A stretch of DNA of 64,000 nt from Antechinus flavipes (lineage: Eukaryota): contig NC_067403.1 in assembly GCF_016432865.1 (NCBI RefSeq), forward strand, positions 171,554,001 through 171,618,000, given 5' to 3'. Position 1 is the stretch's first letter. Every line of letters starts with the position of its first letter. A program made the position numbers and the translations under genes. The notes beneath the pieces were generated by a model that was given only the letters and a program-made list of their open reading frames with translations, did not search any database and was not told where the DNA came from. Of the stretch, positions 1-13,619 are shown piece by piece.

Positions 1-343
1 TATCCATTCAGTTTCCAGTTTTTAGCCACTACAAAGAGGGCTCAGGTCCCTTTCCCTTCTTTAAGATCTCTTTGGGATATAAGCCCAGTAGTAACACTGC
101 TGGATCAAAGGGTATACTCAGTTTGATATCTTTTTGAGCACAGTTACAAATGGCTCTCCAGAATGGTATTCTACCAACAATGTATCAGTGTCCCAGTTTT
201 CCCACATCCCCTCCAACATTTGTCATTATCTTTTCCTGTCATCTTAGCCAATCTAAGAGGTGTGTAGTAATATTTCAGAGTTATCTTAATTTGCATTTCT
301 CTGATCAATTATTTGGAGCACCTTTTCATATGATTAGAAATAG
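1..343 (-). mobile_element. L1 ORF2 3' fragment
   Basis: Matches the other L1 copies in the window (e.g. 39700-40007, 52200-52600). Confidence 0.85.
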
Positions 344-2787
344 AGGAAGAGAACTCTTAGACATCTATCACTGGTTAAAATTTTGCTATTGTGTGAATTA
401 ACAAACAGGAGTTAGCAAGGAAAGTTTTTTTTGTTTTGTTTTGAACAATTAACAAGTTCCCTAATTAAACTCACAATTAACTAGAAGATGCTATTAAAGG
501 CAATACATCATGTATTTCATTTATCAGCAGGCTAAATCTATGGAGAAGTTTGTCAGACTAATCCCCAAAAGAGAGTTAGTAAGGAAGAGCTTACACCATT
601 GACTGGTGGGCTAACCCTAAAAGGAATTTAGCAAAGAACTACAACATGGGCAGATGTTTTATATGGTGAATATAACTTTGGGGGTTTCACAATGACTTAC
701 TCTCACCTCTTGGCCTATCCCCTAATCATACCTTCATTTTAGTTAATTATGAATTCTACTGGGGAACTTGTCTCTCCCCTTGTTAACTGGTAAGGCCTTT
801 CCTTCCTAATTCCTTGATGAAGCACATAACAAACAGGATAAGTATGTAATATGTAATGGATGTCTGCCCATAGTTGCTCTATGTTACAAACTTTTATATT
901 ATACTCTTTTTTTCAATTTATTGCTCTCTCAAATCTATTTCTATTTACTAATCGTGGTGCCTACTTTACTTCTTCAGAAGGAAAGGATAGTCCACCCTCA
1001 ACTACCTTAAGAAGAGATAAAACTGAGAGAATGCTATTAGGTCAAGGGATGGATGCTATCTGCTCTCACCATGTGGCTGCTTAAGAAGGTTGGGAGGCAT
1101 GATAGAAGGATTAGGCAATCACTGGTCACAATGGATAACTCAGAAACAGCATCCACTCCACAAATTTTTATAATACAAAGAACATCAAAACCGGAAGGAA
1201 CTAGAAGAACCTAAGTTAGCTCCATTTTATAAAACCTTAGCAAAGCAAAGTCCAAGATCACACTACTCACCTATGGTAGAAGCAGAACTAGATCTCAGGT
1301 TTCCTAATATTCAGGCCAATTTTTCCAAAGTAACATACCACCCCAATTCCTTTTAACAAACAGAAATAATTAGCAAAGGAAAGGCACTAAAATTAAGAGG
1401 TATTAGAAAATTTTCCCAGAGAATTGTGGGATTCAAAGTCAGAGAACTTGGAAGGAAAAGATGAAGAGGGAGGATAATCTAGATATAGGGAATAGCTAGA
1501 GGAAAATGCCTGGAGCTAGAAAATGGAGTCTAGTTCACAGAAGATCAATGAGGCCAATGTAATTAGGTCAAAGAGGATAAGTGGGTATATTCTCCCTTCT
1601 TCCTATTAACACAGCTACTACCTACTCTATATTCTGATACAAAAGTAGTTTTCCCCAAATGCAATCAATGTCCTTTCATGTCTCTCTCTGACGCCTTCCC
1701 TCTATTCCCCCCAATCTCTCTCCCATATTCAGTAAATTCAAGTGACTACTACTACTTCCAGGGCCAAAGTTCTCTGGCATTTAAAACTTTTCACAATCTA
1801 GTCCCCTTGTACCTTTTCAGATTCCTTACAATCTGTATATAGCCTTGCATGTAAATAACAGTTATTTATATGTTGTTTCACTTATTAGAATGAGATCTTT
1901 GAAGGCAGGGACTTCAAAAACAATTCATCACTGTAATCTGGTGATATTTCAGATCCAGTTAGAAGAGGCAATTCTCCTAAATTTAATGTTACTTTGTATT
2001 TTTTTGAGTGCCAAATATATGCCTTATTTAAAATTTTCAAATGAAAACAGATACCTGAAATAAACTAAATTCAGTAGATCAACCCCCCCCCCAAAAAAAA
2101 CCCGATTTGCCATAATTTTAACATAATACGACATAGAATTACTGACAAGTAACACTATACTGCTGAGCTGAAATTTTAGAATACTTTTATTAGTCCTTCA
2201 CACTATCATTCTAGGAATCAATTACTATTGCTCTTTTAGACTCTGAAATATCAATTATTGATTTTCAAATGGAGTGTAGAAATGTTTCTTAGGAAATTTC
2301 ATTTTCCAGATATCCATTAAAATTTTTTTTATGCTATAAATGATTCATATTGGCCTTCAATCACCACAAATTCAGTTCCCTTTGACCTGGTAGATGTCAT
2401 CAACCACTAGAAATCAAACAATGTAAGATGCTGTTTACTACTTCTTCTTCCCAGCTCAACATCCAGAAAGTCACATCAGAAGCTCCAACTACAGAGGCAC
2501 AAAACCAATTATAATTGCTTCTCAGCCCAAGGAAGCAAAGAAAGACAGGAAAAGCAGAGGAATCCCAAGACCTAGAGAACAGATTGGAGGCTTGATTAAA
2601 TTTGATCGTTCTTTGTTGCAAATGAATACTGTGCCTTGATTACTGTATCTTTAGAAGTTTGAGGACCAGATCCTAGAGGCTATAATGTTAGTTTAATTAA
2701 GGGGGACCTTGAAAGATTGTTTCTAGTCTACTTCCAGACTTCAAAATTCTAAGCAGTTGAGCATTCTTTTTAAAAATATGTCGGAGA

Positions 2788-2899
2788 GGGGCAGCTAGGC
2801 AGCAGCCCTGAAGTCAGGAGGACCTGAGTTCAATTCTGAACTCAGACATTTAATGCTTTCTAGTTGGGTGACCCTGGGCAAGTCACTTAACCCTAATTG
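2788..2899 (+). mobile_element. Marsupial tRNA-derived CORE-SINE (WSINE1-like), internally deleted
   Basis: GGGCAGCTAGG...AGTCAGGAGGACCTGAGTTCAA...GGGCAAGTCACTTAACCC. Confidence 0.85.
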
Positions 2900-4955
2900 T
2901 GGGGGGTGGCAAAGTCATACAATTACATACATACATACAAGAATACAATTCTTCCACTTTAAAAGAAAAACATTTTTCTCTTGTTTTTGTATCACTTTCA
3001 TTTCCCAAGACATCCCTTACCCACACTCTCCCTAACAAAAAAACATTTTAGAAAACTGCTAGATAAATCACCCACCAGCAAATCCAACATAATGTCCCAC
3101 ATGCAGTTTTCTGCACATCTGCAAAGAAGGAATATGTAACTCCCTCTCTTCTTTGGGGTCAAATTTCGTCATATAATTTCATAGCATTTGAGGTTAGCTA
3201 TTTTTGGTCACTTTCCTAGTTCTTCCCATTTATACTATTTTAATTGTGTAAGATTTTATTGGTTCTGCTTACTTCATTTTGCTTAATTTCATGTATATAA
3301 ATTTTCCCACATTTCTTTGTATTCTTCATATTCACTATTTCTTTCAGTGCCCTACTGCACTAATATGCTATAATAGTATACTGGATTCACCTACCACAAT
3401 CTGTTACTCTATTGTGGTATATATGGGACCTTTTTATTTTTGACCTCATTAGGGTATAATATGCTTAACCTGAATCAAATAGTATGGCATATTAGTCACT
3501 TTCTTGACATAATTCCAAATTACTTCCTAGAAGGGTAGCTAACAGCTCAACTAAGAGTGATGCAACAGTGATTACTGTCAATCGAAAGCCACAAATACTG
3601 AGTCTATTCTACCAAACACTGTGCTAAATTTCTTAATGCCTTGTCTCTCAACCCAGGGCTTTACTGCATCATACTTTTTGAGCCAAATGTAGTTCAGACG
3701 TTAAGGAGCATCTTCTACTAGATGTAGAAGGTGCCTAAAACTGATGTCAGAAACGCACTGAAAAAGGTAGACTGTAACACAACACTCCTCTATGTTGTTC
3801 TATGGTGCCATCTGCCTTACTAGAATAGGCTCTGTCTTAGGGAACAGTCCATTTCCTGACCCCAAAGGTCATAACAAAGGCTGGATTATGTTATTATAGA
3901 GGACCATTAGAAACATATATTTCAGGGAAGGGGTTGCACTAGATCAGGAATGGGGAGTGTCTAGCCTATTAAGACCTGTTAAATGATGAGCTAAATGCTA
4001 AGCACAACGATCTCCCACTACTTGAGTTATTAATTTTGTATGGCCAAGAATAGTTTTAAATGTCCAAGTTGCTCTTGGTGGAAAAAAGGTTCCCCACCTT
4101 TGTACTACATAATCAGTGAGGAATCTGTGGTTCTAAAAAAGAAAAAGAAAAGTAAGACACAGTCCTTCCCCTCACAGAATCCACCAAGACGTGATTAAAT
4201 TTTGTGCTGTAAGATAAGCTACAAAAGTCCTGACTGCCACAGATGCACTCTAGACTTAATTGGTAAAGGGGAAAAATCTATAAGTAAACTTTTATTCTGC
4301 ATTACAGTACCAGGTATTTGCTAAGAGCTGGGGATGAATATATAATCATAAGAATCAGTCAGTCAATATTTGTTAATTGCCTACTGCATGCCAGATGCTG
4401 TGCTAACTATTTAAGATATCTCAAGGAGCAGGCCATACATTAAAAAAAAGCTGAAACAGAAGTGTCACTCAGTGTAGAGGCACAAGTGGGAAATGTTAGG
4501 GTGAATGCCCCGAGTATGTTCCGTAAAATGGAATATCTGGAAGGAGTTTTGCATGTTTACCAACTATCTTCTCCAACCAGAGAAGGAAAGATCCTGGGGG
4601 GCAGGGGTACTGAGGAAATGTGTGTTTCAGAACTGAAGTCAATAAGCAGGATGATGAGTTTTTGGAGATCATAAAGTCCAATGGAAGAAAAGATAAGCAA
4701 GACAGTCTTAATCCTCAAAGAGTTTACATACATTCTCCTGGGGGGAAAATAATATTTAAAAGGAAGCTAGAAAGCAAGGGGTAAGGTGGAGAGCCACACA
4801 ACATTTTTAAGCACACTGAGTTACTTACTGGTCTTTGAGTACTCATGGTAAGAAACAAAATATCTTACCAATAATTCCACTAACTCACTGATGAATGCAG
4901 GAAAGATTTATTTTATATTCTTGCAAGAATGGAAGTCTAGGTTAGTAGACACACC

Positions 4956-5111
4956 TTTAAAAATAATAGCTTTTAATTTTCAATATATGCAAAGATAGTT
5001 TTCAACATTCACTTTTGCAAAACCTTGTATTCCAATTTTTTTCTCCCTTCCTTCTCCACACCACCCTTCCCTAGGCAGCAAGTAATCCAATATAGATTAA
5101 ACATATGCAAT

Positions 5112-5164
<53 letters not shown>

Positions 5165-5727
5165 TTCCACAATTATCATGCTGCACAGGAAAAATCAGAT
5201 CAGAAAGGGGGAAAAAATGAAAAAAAAAAAAGCAAGCAAACAACAAAAAAGATGAAAATACTATGTTTTGATCCACATTCAGTCTCCGTAGTCCTCTCTC
5301 TACATGCAGATGGCTTTCTCCATCACAAGTCTATTGGAATTGGCTTGAATTACCTCATTGTTGAAAAGAGCCACATCCATCAGAGTTGATCATCATGTAA
5401 TAATTGTTGTTGACGTGTACAGGGTTCTCTTGGTTCTACTCACTCCACATAATATCAGTTCATCTAAGTCTCTCTAGCTTCTCTGAAATCATGCCACTGA
5501 TCATTTCTTATAGAACAATAATATTCCATAACATTCTTCAGCTATTTTCCAGCTGATCGGCTTCTGCTCAGTTTCCAGTTCTTTGCCACTACAAAAAGGG
5601 CTGCTGCAAACATTTTTTGCACACGTTGGTCCTTTTCCCTTTTTTGTGATCTCTGGCACTGCTGGATCAAAGGGTATGCACAAGTTGATAGGACTTTGGG
5701 CACAGTTCCATATTGCTCTCCAGAATG
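4956..5727 (-). mobile_element. 5'-truncated L1 3' end containing an (AC)24 microsatellite at 5115-5163
   Basis: L1 3'UTR and ORF2-end motifs; explains ORF 5501-5818. Confidence 0.85.
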
Positions 5728-7499
5728 TTATTACATAGTTAGTCCCTGACTCAAAGGAGCAAAGAAGAGGAAGGTAATAGAGAAGGGCTAAGGATAAAGG
5801 ACAAAAGATTGTTTTCAAATCTCACCACCACCCCAAATTACAAAACTCATCCTTTTGGGGGAAGATAACCTGAACCCTTGATTATTTCTTTGTGTCCTAT
5901 GGGTTTCAGTTTTCTAATTTGTTCCATTTCTCCAATTTAATTTTCATAACTGTGGAAAGCAAATAAATGACCATCCATTTTCTAGAATTTGGCTAAATTT
6001 GATAGTTTTGGGGCCTAGGGATTTTTGAGGACAGAAATGGTATTAATTTGTTTCAAAGCACATAAAACTGAACAGTGAGAAATGGACAGAGAGCCAAAAA
6101 GGCAAAGATCCAGCCTGATATTTCATTTTCTATATGATTGAAGCCAATAATATAGAAATATTGGTTCATCATTAATTTGTGCAAAACCTCTCATTATAAT
6201 ATCTTGAAACATTTCAAATAGGAATGTTCCACAGTGTAACAAAAAAGAAATTTTGATTTAACCATGCATGGGGAAAAGGATTGTGAAGTTTAAAATAAAA
6301 ACATGAAGAACCAAAACAATTACTATTAAGTCACAAAAATAAAAAAAAGAGGTAGCTACAAGCTAGCTTAGCTTTTATAAAGCATTAGGGTTGTGAAAGT
6401 CAGAGGTTGTGTGTATTATCTCATTTGATTCTCATTACAACCTAGAGAGATACTTACTATCATTATGTCCACTTTACAGATTAAGAAACAGAGACAGGTA
6501 AGGTGACTTGCCCAGGGAATTAAGCAGCTAGTAAGTAGCTGAGGCAAGATTCAAACTTAATTCTTCCAGACCCCCAAATCTAGCAGCATTCTTCTACCCA
6601 CATCACCACCAGCCTATCTGTGTTACTAAAGTGATGCAAGTGTCTGGCCATGAAATAAAAAGATCTTGTATCACTGCTCTCTAAACATTTAAGTTATCAC
6701 GACCTTTGATTTAGAAGGGCCATGTTACAAGTTAACCAAGACATGAATCTCTATCCCTCATTACATAGCTAGTCCGTGCCCCAAGGGAACTTTCATTCTA
6801 GAAGGGGGAAAGGTAACAGAGAAGTGGTTCTGGCTAAGTTTTATCAGACATTGTATGTTAATGACCTGGTATTTGAGCATACAAATCAGCTTCTGGTGTT
6901 AAACTAGACATGCAGAAACAATTATTAGGCTAAGAATCAGACTATAAATAACCTACCTTTGTAGCCCACCAACCTCTACATAGCTATAAATTATAATGTG
7001 TCAAAAAATAATAATCTTAATATTTAAATGATCATGAGCATGTAGTTTGTAAGAGCAAACCCCAAAATCTGAAAAAGTTTTAGAAAGTAACATACTAGAT
7101 TATTTAATAGAAGAGAGTGAGCTGGAAAGGAAAGGTTTATCTCCAAGCTTATGGCTTATATGATATAGAATTTAAATAAGAGTGCCCACACATGAATCAC
7201 ATAGTTAAGCAATTTTGCTGGGAGGGAAACTTGAATTTGGAGAAATCCAAAACACAAGCCTGAGTAAATTCAAAACAAATTCTTATTTGGATCCCAAAAC
7301 TTGAGGTAATTCAAAATAGTCATCTCCAGAATTCCTAGAGTTATTGGAGTCATTTGACATTCTGGGCACAGGCACAACTTTTAATCATACAAGGTTGGAT
7401 TAATAAATTAATAATTTTTTTGTGAACAATATAATAAATCATCTTTCCTATTGGCAGTTTCTAAGACTGAAAGTTTCTACCTGCCCCCATCACACCTGT

Positions 7500-7900
7500 C
7501 TTAAATCCTATTGGGTTCAGTTTTGGTTGCCATTTTTAAGGAGGGAATTATTAAGTTGAAGAAATGCTACCAGGATAGTGAAGACCACTGAGTCCATGTC
7601 ATAAGAAGGGATTAGTCATATTTATCTTAGAGAAAAGATGTCTCATGACATGAAAGTTATTTTCATATAAGTGAAGAGCTGTCAGATTGAAGGAGGAATT
7701 AGATTAATTCTGTTTGACAGGAGAAGGCAGAACCAGGAGCAAACATGGAGAAGTAGTATAAAGGGAAATTTATGCTTGAAGTAAAGAATTCCAAAAATTA
7801 GAGCTGTCCAAAATTAGAATGAATTTGTCTTAAAACCAAGTAGGTTCCTTCCTCAGAAGTCTTTAACAAAAAGCAAAAGAAGGATGATTTCCTACAAGGC
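7500..7900 (+). mobile_element. Ancient CR1/L3-like fragment
   Basis: Decayed L3-type 3' motifs (AAGGGCTGTCA-like, GGAGAAGGCAGAACCAGGAGCAA); boundaries approximate. Confidence 0.5.
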
Positions 7901-8100
7901 TGTATTACTTATATTGGGGAATCCACTCCCATATAGGAGTATGCACTGGTCCACTGCAGAAATCCCTCCCTTTCAACCATCAAATTCTATGAATCTTTCT
8001 ATTAATCACATAAACCAGTAGTTCTGGGAATTGTGTACCTTATTTAGTACAAATATTATTTTGGGGGAAAAAAGGAAGAAAAGAGGAAAGAAGCACAGTT

Positions 8101-11100
8101 CAATTCTTCACAATCTAGCTTCTAACTTCACTCACTGTGTTTTTTCAAGATAATGTCTTTTCAAAAAATTGTTTCCCCCTCAATTACATCAAAACAAATT
8201 TTTAAAACTTTTTTTTTTGAGTTCCAAATTCTATCTCTCCTTCCTCCCTGAAACTGTAAGAAATCTGATATAGTTTACACATGTGCAAGCATGTAAAACA
8301 CATTTGTCATACTGGTCATTTTATATAAAACAACTCAAATAAAATGGAAGAAGAAAAACAGCAGGCTTCAGTCTGTATTCAAAGAGTATCACATTTTGTG
8401 ATGGCTTAATAGCTAAATCCTCAGATTTTAACAATTTTTTTTTCTCAATCTGTTTCAGAACTATTAATCACTCATTCTTCCCAATTTCTTCCTTTCTTTA
8501 ATATTTACATAACTTTTGTCTTGCGAGTCTCCTCTTACTAGTCTGATCACTCAGTCATTTGTGTCCTGTCCAATTAAGAGTGGATGTCCGATAATTTCTA
8601 TCCAGTACCCTTTTTTTACTTCTTATAACCAATAATACTCCATGTAATTTATTTAACCAATCAATCTCCAGTTGACCTGTAACTTTCCAGTTCGTTCCTA
8701 CAACAAAAAAATGCTGCCATCTATTTTTTTATTCATAAGGGTTTTTTCCTTGTCTTTCATCTCTTTGGGGCATATATTATACCTGGTATTGGTATCACTA
8801 AAGAACAGGAAGCTGGAAAAAAGAAAAAAGGAGAATGAGACTCTACCTTGAACAATGATAATTCCTCACTAAACAAGGGATAGAGTTTTGATAAAAACAT
8901 CAATGAAACTATGGATAAGTGGTTAATCAGGGAAAATGTTTACAGCAATTTCTCTGATAAAGTATATGTAAACACACACATATATAACTGATAGAAATAT
9001 AAGAGAATGTTGAAGGGGATGTGGGAAAACTGATACTCTAAATACAGTGTTGGTGGAGTTGTGAACTGATGCAACCATTTTCTGGAGAGCAATTTGGAAC
9101 TTTGTTCAAAGGGCTATCAAACTGTCCATAACCTTTGATTCAGCAGTGTTTTTACTGGGCTTGTATCCTAAAGGGATCATAAAGGAGGGAAAGGGACCCA
9201 CATGTACAAAAATGTTTGGGGCAGCCCTTTTTGTAGTATAAAGAAACTGGAAATTGAGTGGATGTCCATCACTTGGAGAGTGGCTGAATAAGTTGTGGTA
9301 TATGAATGTTTATTGTTCCGTAAGAAATGACCAGCAGGATGATTTCAGAAAGACTTAGAGAGACTAACATGAACTGATGCTAAGTGAAATGAGCAGAATC
9401 AGGAGACCACAGTAACAGCAAGATTATATGATGATAAATTCTGATGGATGTGGCTCTTTTCAACAATAAGATGATTCAGGGCAGAAGGAATTGAATGTGC
9501 GCCACAACATAGTTTAACATATACTGGATCACTTACCGGCTAGGGGAAGTGATGGGGACAAGGGAGGGGGAAAAAATTAGAGCACAAGGTTTAGTAAGAG
9601 TAAATGTTGAAAATTTTCCATTTATGTGTTTTGAAAATAAAAAGCTTCAATTAAAAAAAAAAAAAAGACTGAGTAAGGGGAAAAAAGAAATATAAGAATC
9701 ATTTCCAGAAGTTTTCCAAAAGAGCCAACATACACTCATAGGAAAAAACCTCCAAATTATTAAGAAAAAAATACAATTCTTCACAATCTAGCTTCTAACT
9801 TCACTCACTGTGTTTTTTCAAGATAATGTCTTTTCAAAAAATTGTTTCCCCCTCAATTACATCAAAACAAATTTTTAAAACTTTTTTTTTTGAGTTCCAA
9901 ATTCTATCTCTCCTTCCTCCCTGAAACTGTAAGAAATCTGATATAGTTTACACATGTGCAAGCATGTAAAACACATTTGTCATACTGGTCATTTTATATA
10001 AAACAACTCAAATAAAATGGAAGAAGAAAAACAGCAGGCTTCAGTCTGTATTCAAAGAGTATCACATTTTGTGATGGCTTAATAGCTAAATCCTCAGATT
10101 TTAACAATTTTTTTTTCTCAATCTGTTTCAGAACTATTAATCACTCATTCTTCCCAATTTCTTCCTTTCTTTAATATTTACATAACTTTTGTCTTGCGAG
10201 TCTCCTCTTACTAGTCTGATCACTCAGTCATTTGTGTCCTGTCCAATTAAGAGTGGATGTCCGATAATTTCTATCCAGTACCCTTTTTTTACTTCTTATA
10301 ACCAATAATACTCCATGTAATTTATTTAACCAATCAATCTCCAGTTGACCTGTAACTTTCCAGTTCGTTCCTACAACAAAAAAATGCTGCCATCTATTTT
10401 TTTATTCATAAGGGTTTTTTCCTTGTCTTTCATCTCTTTGGGGCATATATTATACCTGGTATTGGTATCACTAAAGAACAGGAAGCTGGAAAAAAGAAAA
10501 AAGGAGAATGAGACTCTACCTTGAACAATGATAATTCCTCACTAAACAAGGGATAGAGTTTTGATAAAAACATCAATGAAACTATGGATAAGTGGTTAAT
10601 CAGGGAAAATGTTTACAGCAATTTCTCTGATAAAGTATATGTAAACACACACATATATAACTGATAGAAATATAAAAGAATGTTGAAGGGGATGTGGGAA
10701 AACTGATACTCTAAATACAGTGTTGGTGGAGTTGTGAACTGATGCAACCATTTTCTGGAGAGCAATTTGGAACTTTGTTCAAAGGGCTATCAAACTGTCC
10801 ATAACCTTTGATTCAGCAGTGTTTTTACTGGGCTTGTATCCTAAAGGGATCATAAAGGAGGGAAAGGGACCCACATGTACAAAAATGTTTGGGGCAGCCC
10901 TTTTTGTAGTATAAAGAAACTGGAAATTGAGTGGATGTCCATCACTTGGAGAGTGGCTGAATAAGTTGTGGTATATGAATGTTTATTGTTCCGTAAGAAA
11001 TGACCAGCAGGATGATTTCAGAAAGACCTAGAGAGACTAACATGAACTGATGCTAAGTGAAATGAGCAGAATCAGGAGACCACAGTAACAGCAAGATTAT

Positions 11101-11451
11101 ATGATGATAAATTCTGATGGATGTGGCTCTTTTCAACAATAAGATGATTCAGGGCAGAAGGAATTGAATGTGCACCACAACATAGTTTAACATATACTGG
11201 ATCACTTACCGGCTAGGGGAGGTGATGGGGACAAGGGAGGGGGAAAAAATTAGAGCACAAGGTTTAGTAAGAGTAAATGTTGAAAATTTTCCATTTATGT
11301 GTTTTGAAAATAAAAAGCTTCAATTAAAAAAAAAAAAAAGACTGAGTAAGGGGAAAAAAGAAATATAAGAATCATTTCCAGAAGTTTTCCAAAAGAGCCA
11401 ACATACACTCATAGGAAAAAACCTCCAAATTATTAAGAAAAAAATACAATT
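8101..11451 (+). repeat. Head-to-tail tandem duplication, period 1673 bp (8101-9773, 9774-11446), CAATT junction microhomology
   Basis: Copies identical by eye except 4 transitions: 9003/10676, 9355/11028, 9501/11174, 9548/11221. Confidence 0.97.
9005..9685 (+). mobile_element. 5'-truncated L1 with poly(A), nested in an older L1 (second copy at 10678-11358)
   Basis: 12-bp TSD AGAAATATAAGA at 8993-9004 and 9686-9697; A14 tail at 9653-9666. Confidence 0.88.
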
Positions 11452-13154
11452 TAAAATTAAGGTGTTACTTCACACTCTACAGATTGAGAAAGCCTAAAAC
11501 AATGTTTTATTACTATGAGAAGACAGACCAACCACTTATAAATTGCTGGTAAAGCTATGAACTGGTCCTACCATTCTGGAAAACAACTTAGAAAAATCTT
11601 ATATGCAATAATATTTATAGCAGCACTTTTCGTAGTAACAAAAAAACTGGAAGGAAAATGAACACTTATTGATTGCAGAATGATTAATAAATTACAGTGT
11701 ATGAATACAATGGAACACTGCTATACAATAACCTAGAACTTAGGAAGTTTGTAACATTTACCAACCACAATCATAATAATGGGAAACAATCCAGAAAGAC
11801 TTCAAAATTCTTAAGTCTGGCAGTGTGGACCAATGTTATAGTTTCAAAGATAGTTAGGTGTGAATATCTCCCAATCTTCACTGAAGAATCCTATTTTCTT
11901 TCATCAAGAATCTTCTCATATCCTCTAAAAGGCTATGATCATCCAAAGATTCCTTGAGTTTTGTCAGGATTCAAAACAATAGGGCTCCAGAATTGAATTA
12001 AGGAAAATTGACAATGTAAATTACAAGGCAAAATGCCCAGCTTAAAGTCAATATCAGAGAGAAAAGTTTAGCTCCCTTAAAAAAAAAAAATGCTTTGGTG
12101 CCAAGGAATGAGCTCTTTCCTAGAACTGCATTTCATTAAGCTGAGCTGTGTTACTAAAATGATGCAAGTACCTAGCCATCAAGTATAAACATCTTGTGTC
12201 ACTGCTCTCTAGACATTTAAGTATTACAACCTTTGATTCAGAAGGGCCATGTTTTTGTGGAGATTTTTAACCTCATTTTAATCCTATGTTTCATTTTTAT
12301 TCACTTCTCACTTTTCCTCACTAGGCATCATCAAATTTGGGGGTTAAAGCCTTTAATTCCAAATGACAAACTCTTCAGCACTCCCAATTTCCTCACAAAT
12401 TAAAGCAGGATAATAATAGACCACCTCCCCACTTGATTGTTAAAAGAAAAGCACTCTATAAATCTTAAAGTGTTACTAAAATTTGAGTTGTCTTCTTATG
12501 GGGGAGCTGCAAAAGCAGTAGAGACCCCCCCAGCAAATCAGAATTTTAAAATTATCTTTTTAAAACAGAGAGGGGCAGCAACAAACTCCTTCCAGTACCT
12601 CCATTTATAGAGGTAACTTTTTCCATCAGCTGCTTACTAAGATTCCCCCCAGATAAGCTCATCTCCAGAAATCTCAACTTGGAGACAGATTCAACTTTGA
12701 CATTCAACACCTAAATTGCCTCTCCCCTCTGATTGGGGGGTTGGAGGGTGGAGCAATGAACTCTCCCTTTAAGGAGAGCCCCACATTTTCCATCAGCTGC
12801 TAGCTAAGTTTCTCCAGGAACATCATTCTCTCTCTCCCCCTTTCCCCATCAGCTTTCTTTGAAGTATATATTTTCCTTGTCGGTTCTTTTTTGCATTTGT
12901 ATCTCCAAGTTTAACATAGGGCCAATAGTCAAGTTGTTCGGTACAGTGGTTTGGTTTTTATTTTGTTTTCTTGACAGAAAATAAGGAAAACCAAGTTATG
13001 AAGGTTATTCCCAGGATCATACAGTTAAGTGTCGTAGGCTAAATTTGAATTCAGGTATTCCAGACTCCAGGTCTGGCACTATATCCATTGCATCACCCAA
13101 CTACCCCATGCAACAATTAAGCATATAGTAGGCACTTAATAAATGTATATTGCC

Positions 13155-13320
13155 GGGTAGCTGGATGAGTCAGTGGCAAGACCACCAGCCCTAGAGTCAG
13201 GAGGAACTGAGTTCAAATCTCATCTCAGACACTTAACACTTCCTAGCTGTGTGACCCTGGGCAAGTCACTTAATCCCGACTGCCTCAGCAAAAAGAAAAA
13301 AAAAAAAAAGAAAAAAAATT
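13155..13320 (+). mobile_element. WSINE1-like SINE with A-rich tail, inserted into an L2 3' end
   Basis: 17-bp TSD TTAATAAATGT(A/T)TATTG at 13136-13152 and 13324-13340. Confidence 0.88.
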
Positions 13321-13619
13321 AAATTAATAAATGTTTATTGACTAAGAGAACATGTCAAAGATAAAAAGAAGCTTGAGTTTTCAGCAAAATCATAGTACAA
13401 ATTTATGGCCTCAAAGAAAACATTTAACACAATCCTCTTTTTCATATTTTCTGATTCCTGTGTATCTTTTGTGGCCATCACAATAAAGTGAAAAAAATAC
13501 AACACTTAAATTTCCTAGTGAAACAACTGAGGGATTGTTTCAATTTATTTTTTTGAACCACCAGCACTATGACTTCATTAATATGGAGAATTCTAACTAG
13601 GAAAACTGTATCAACCAAA

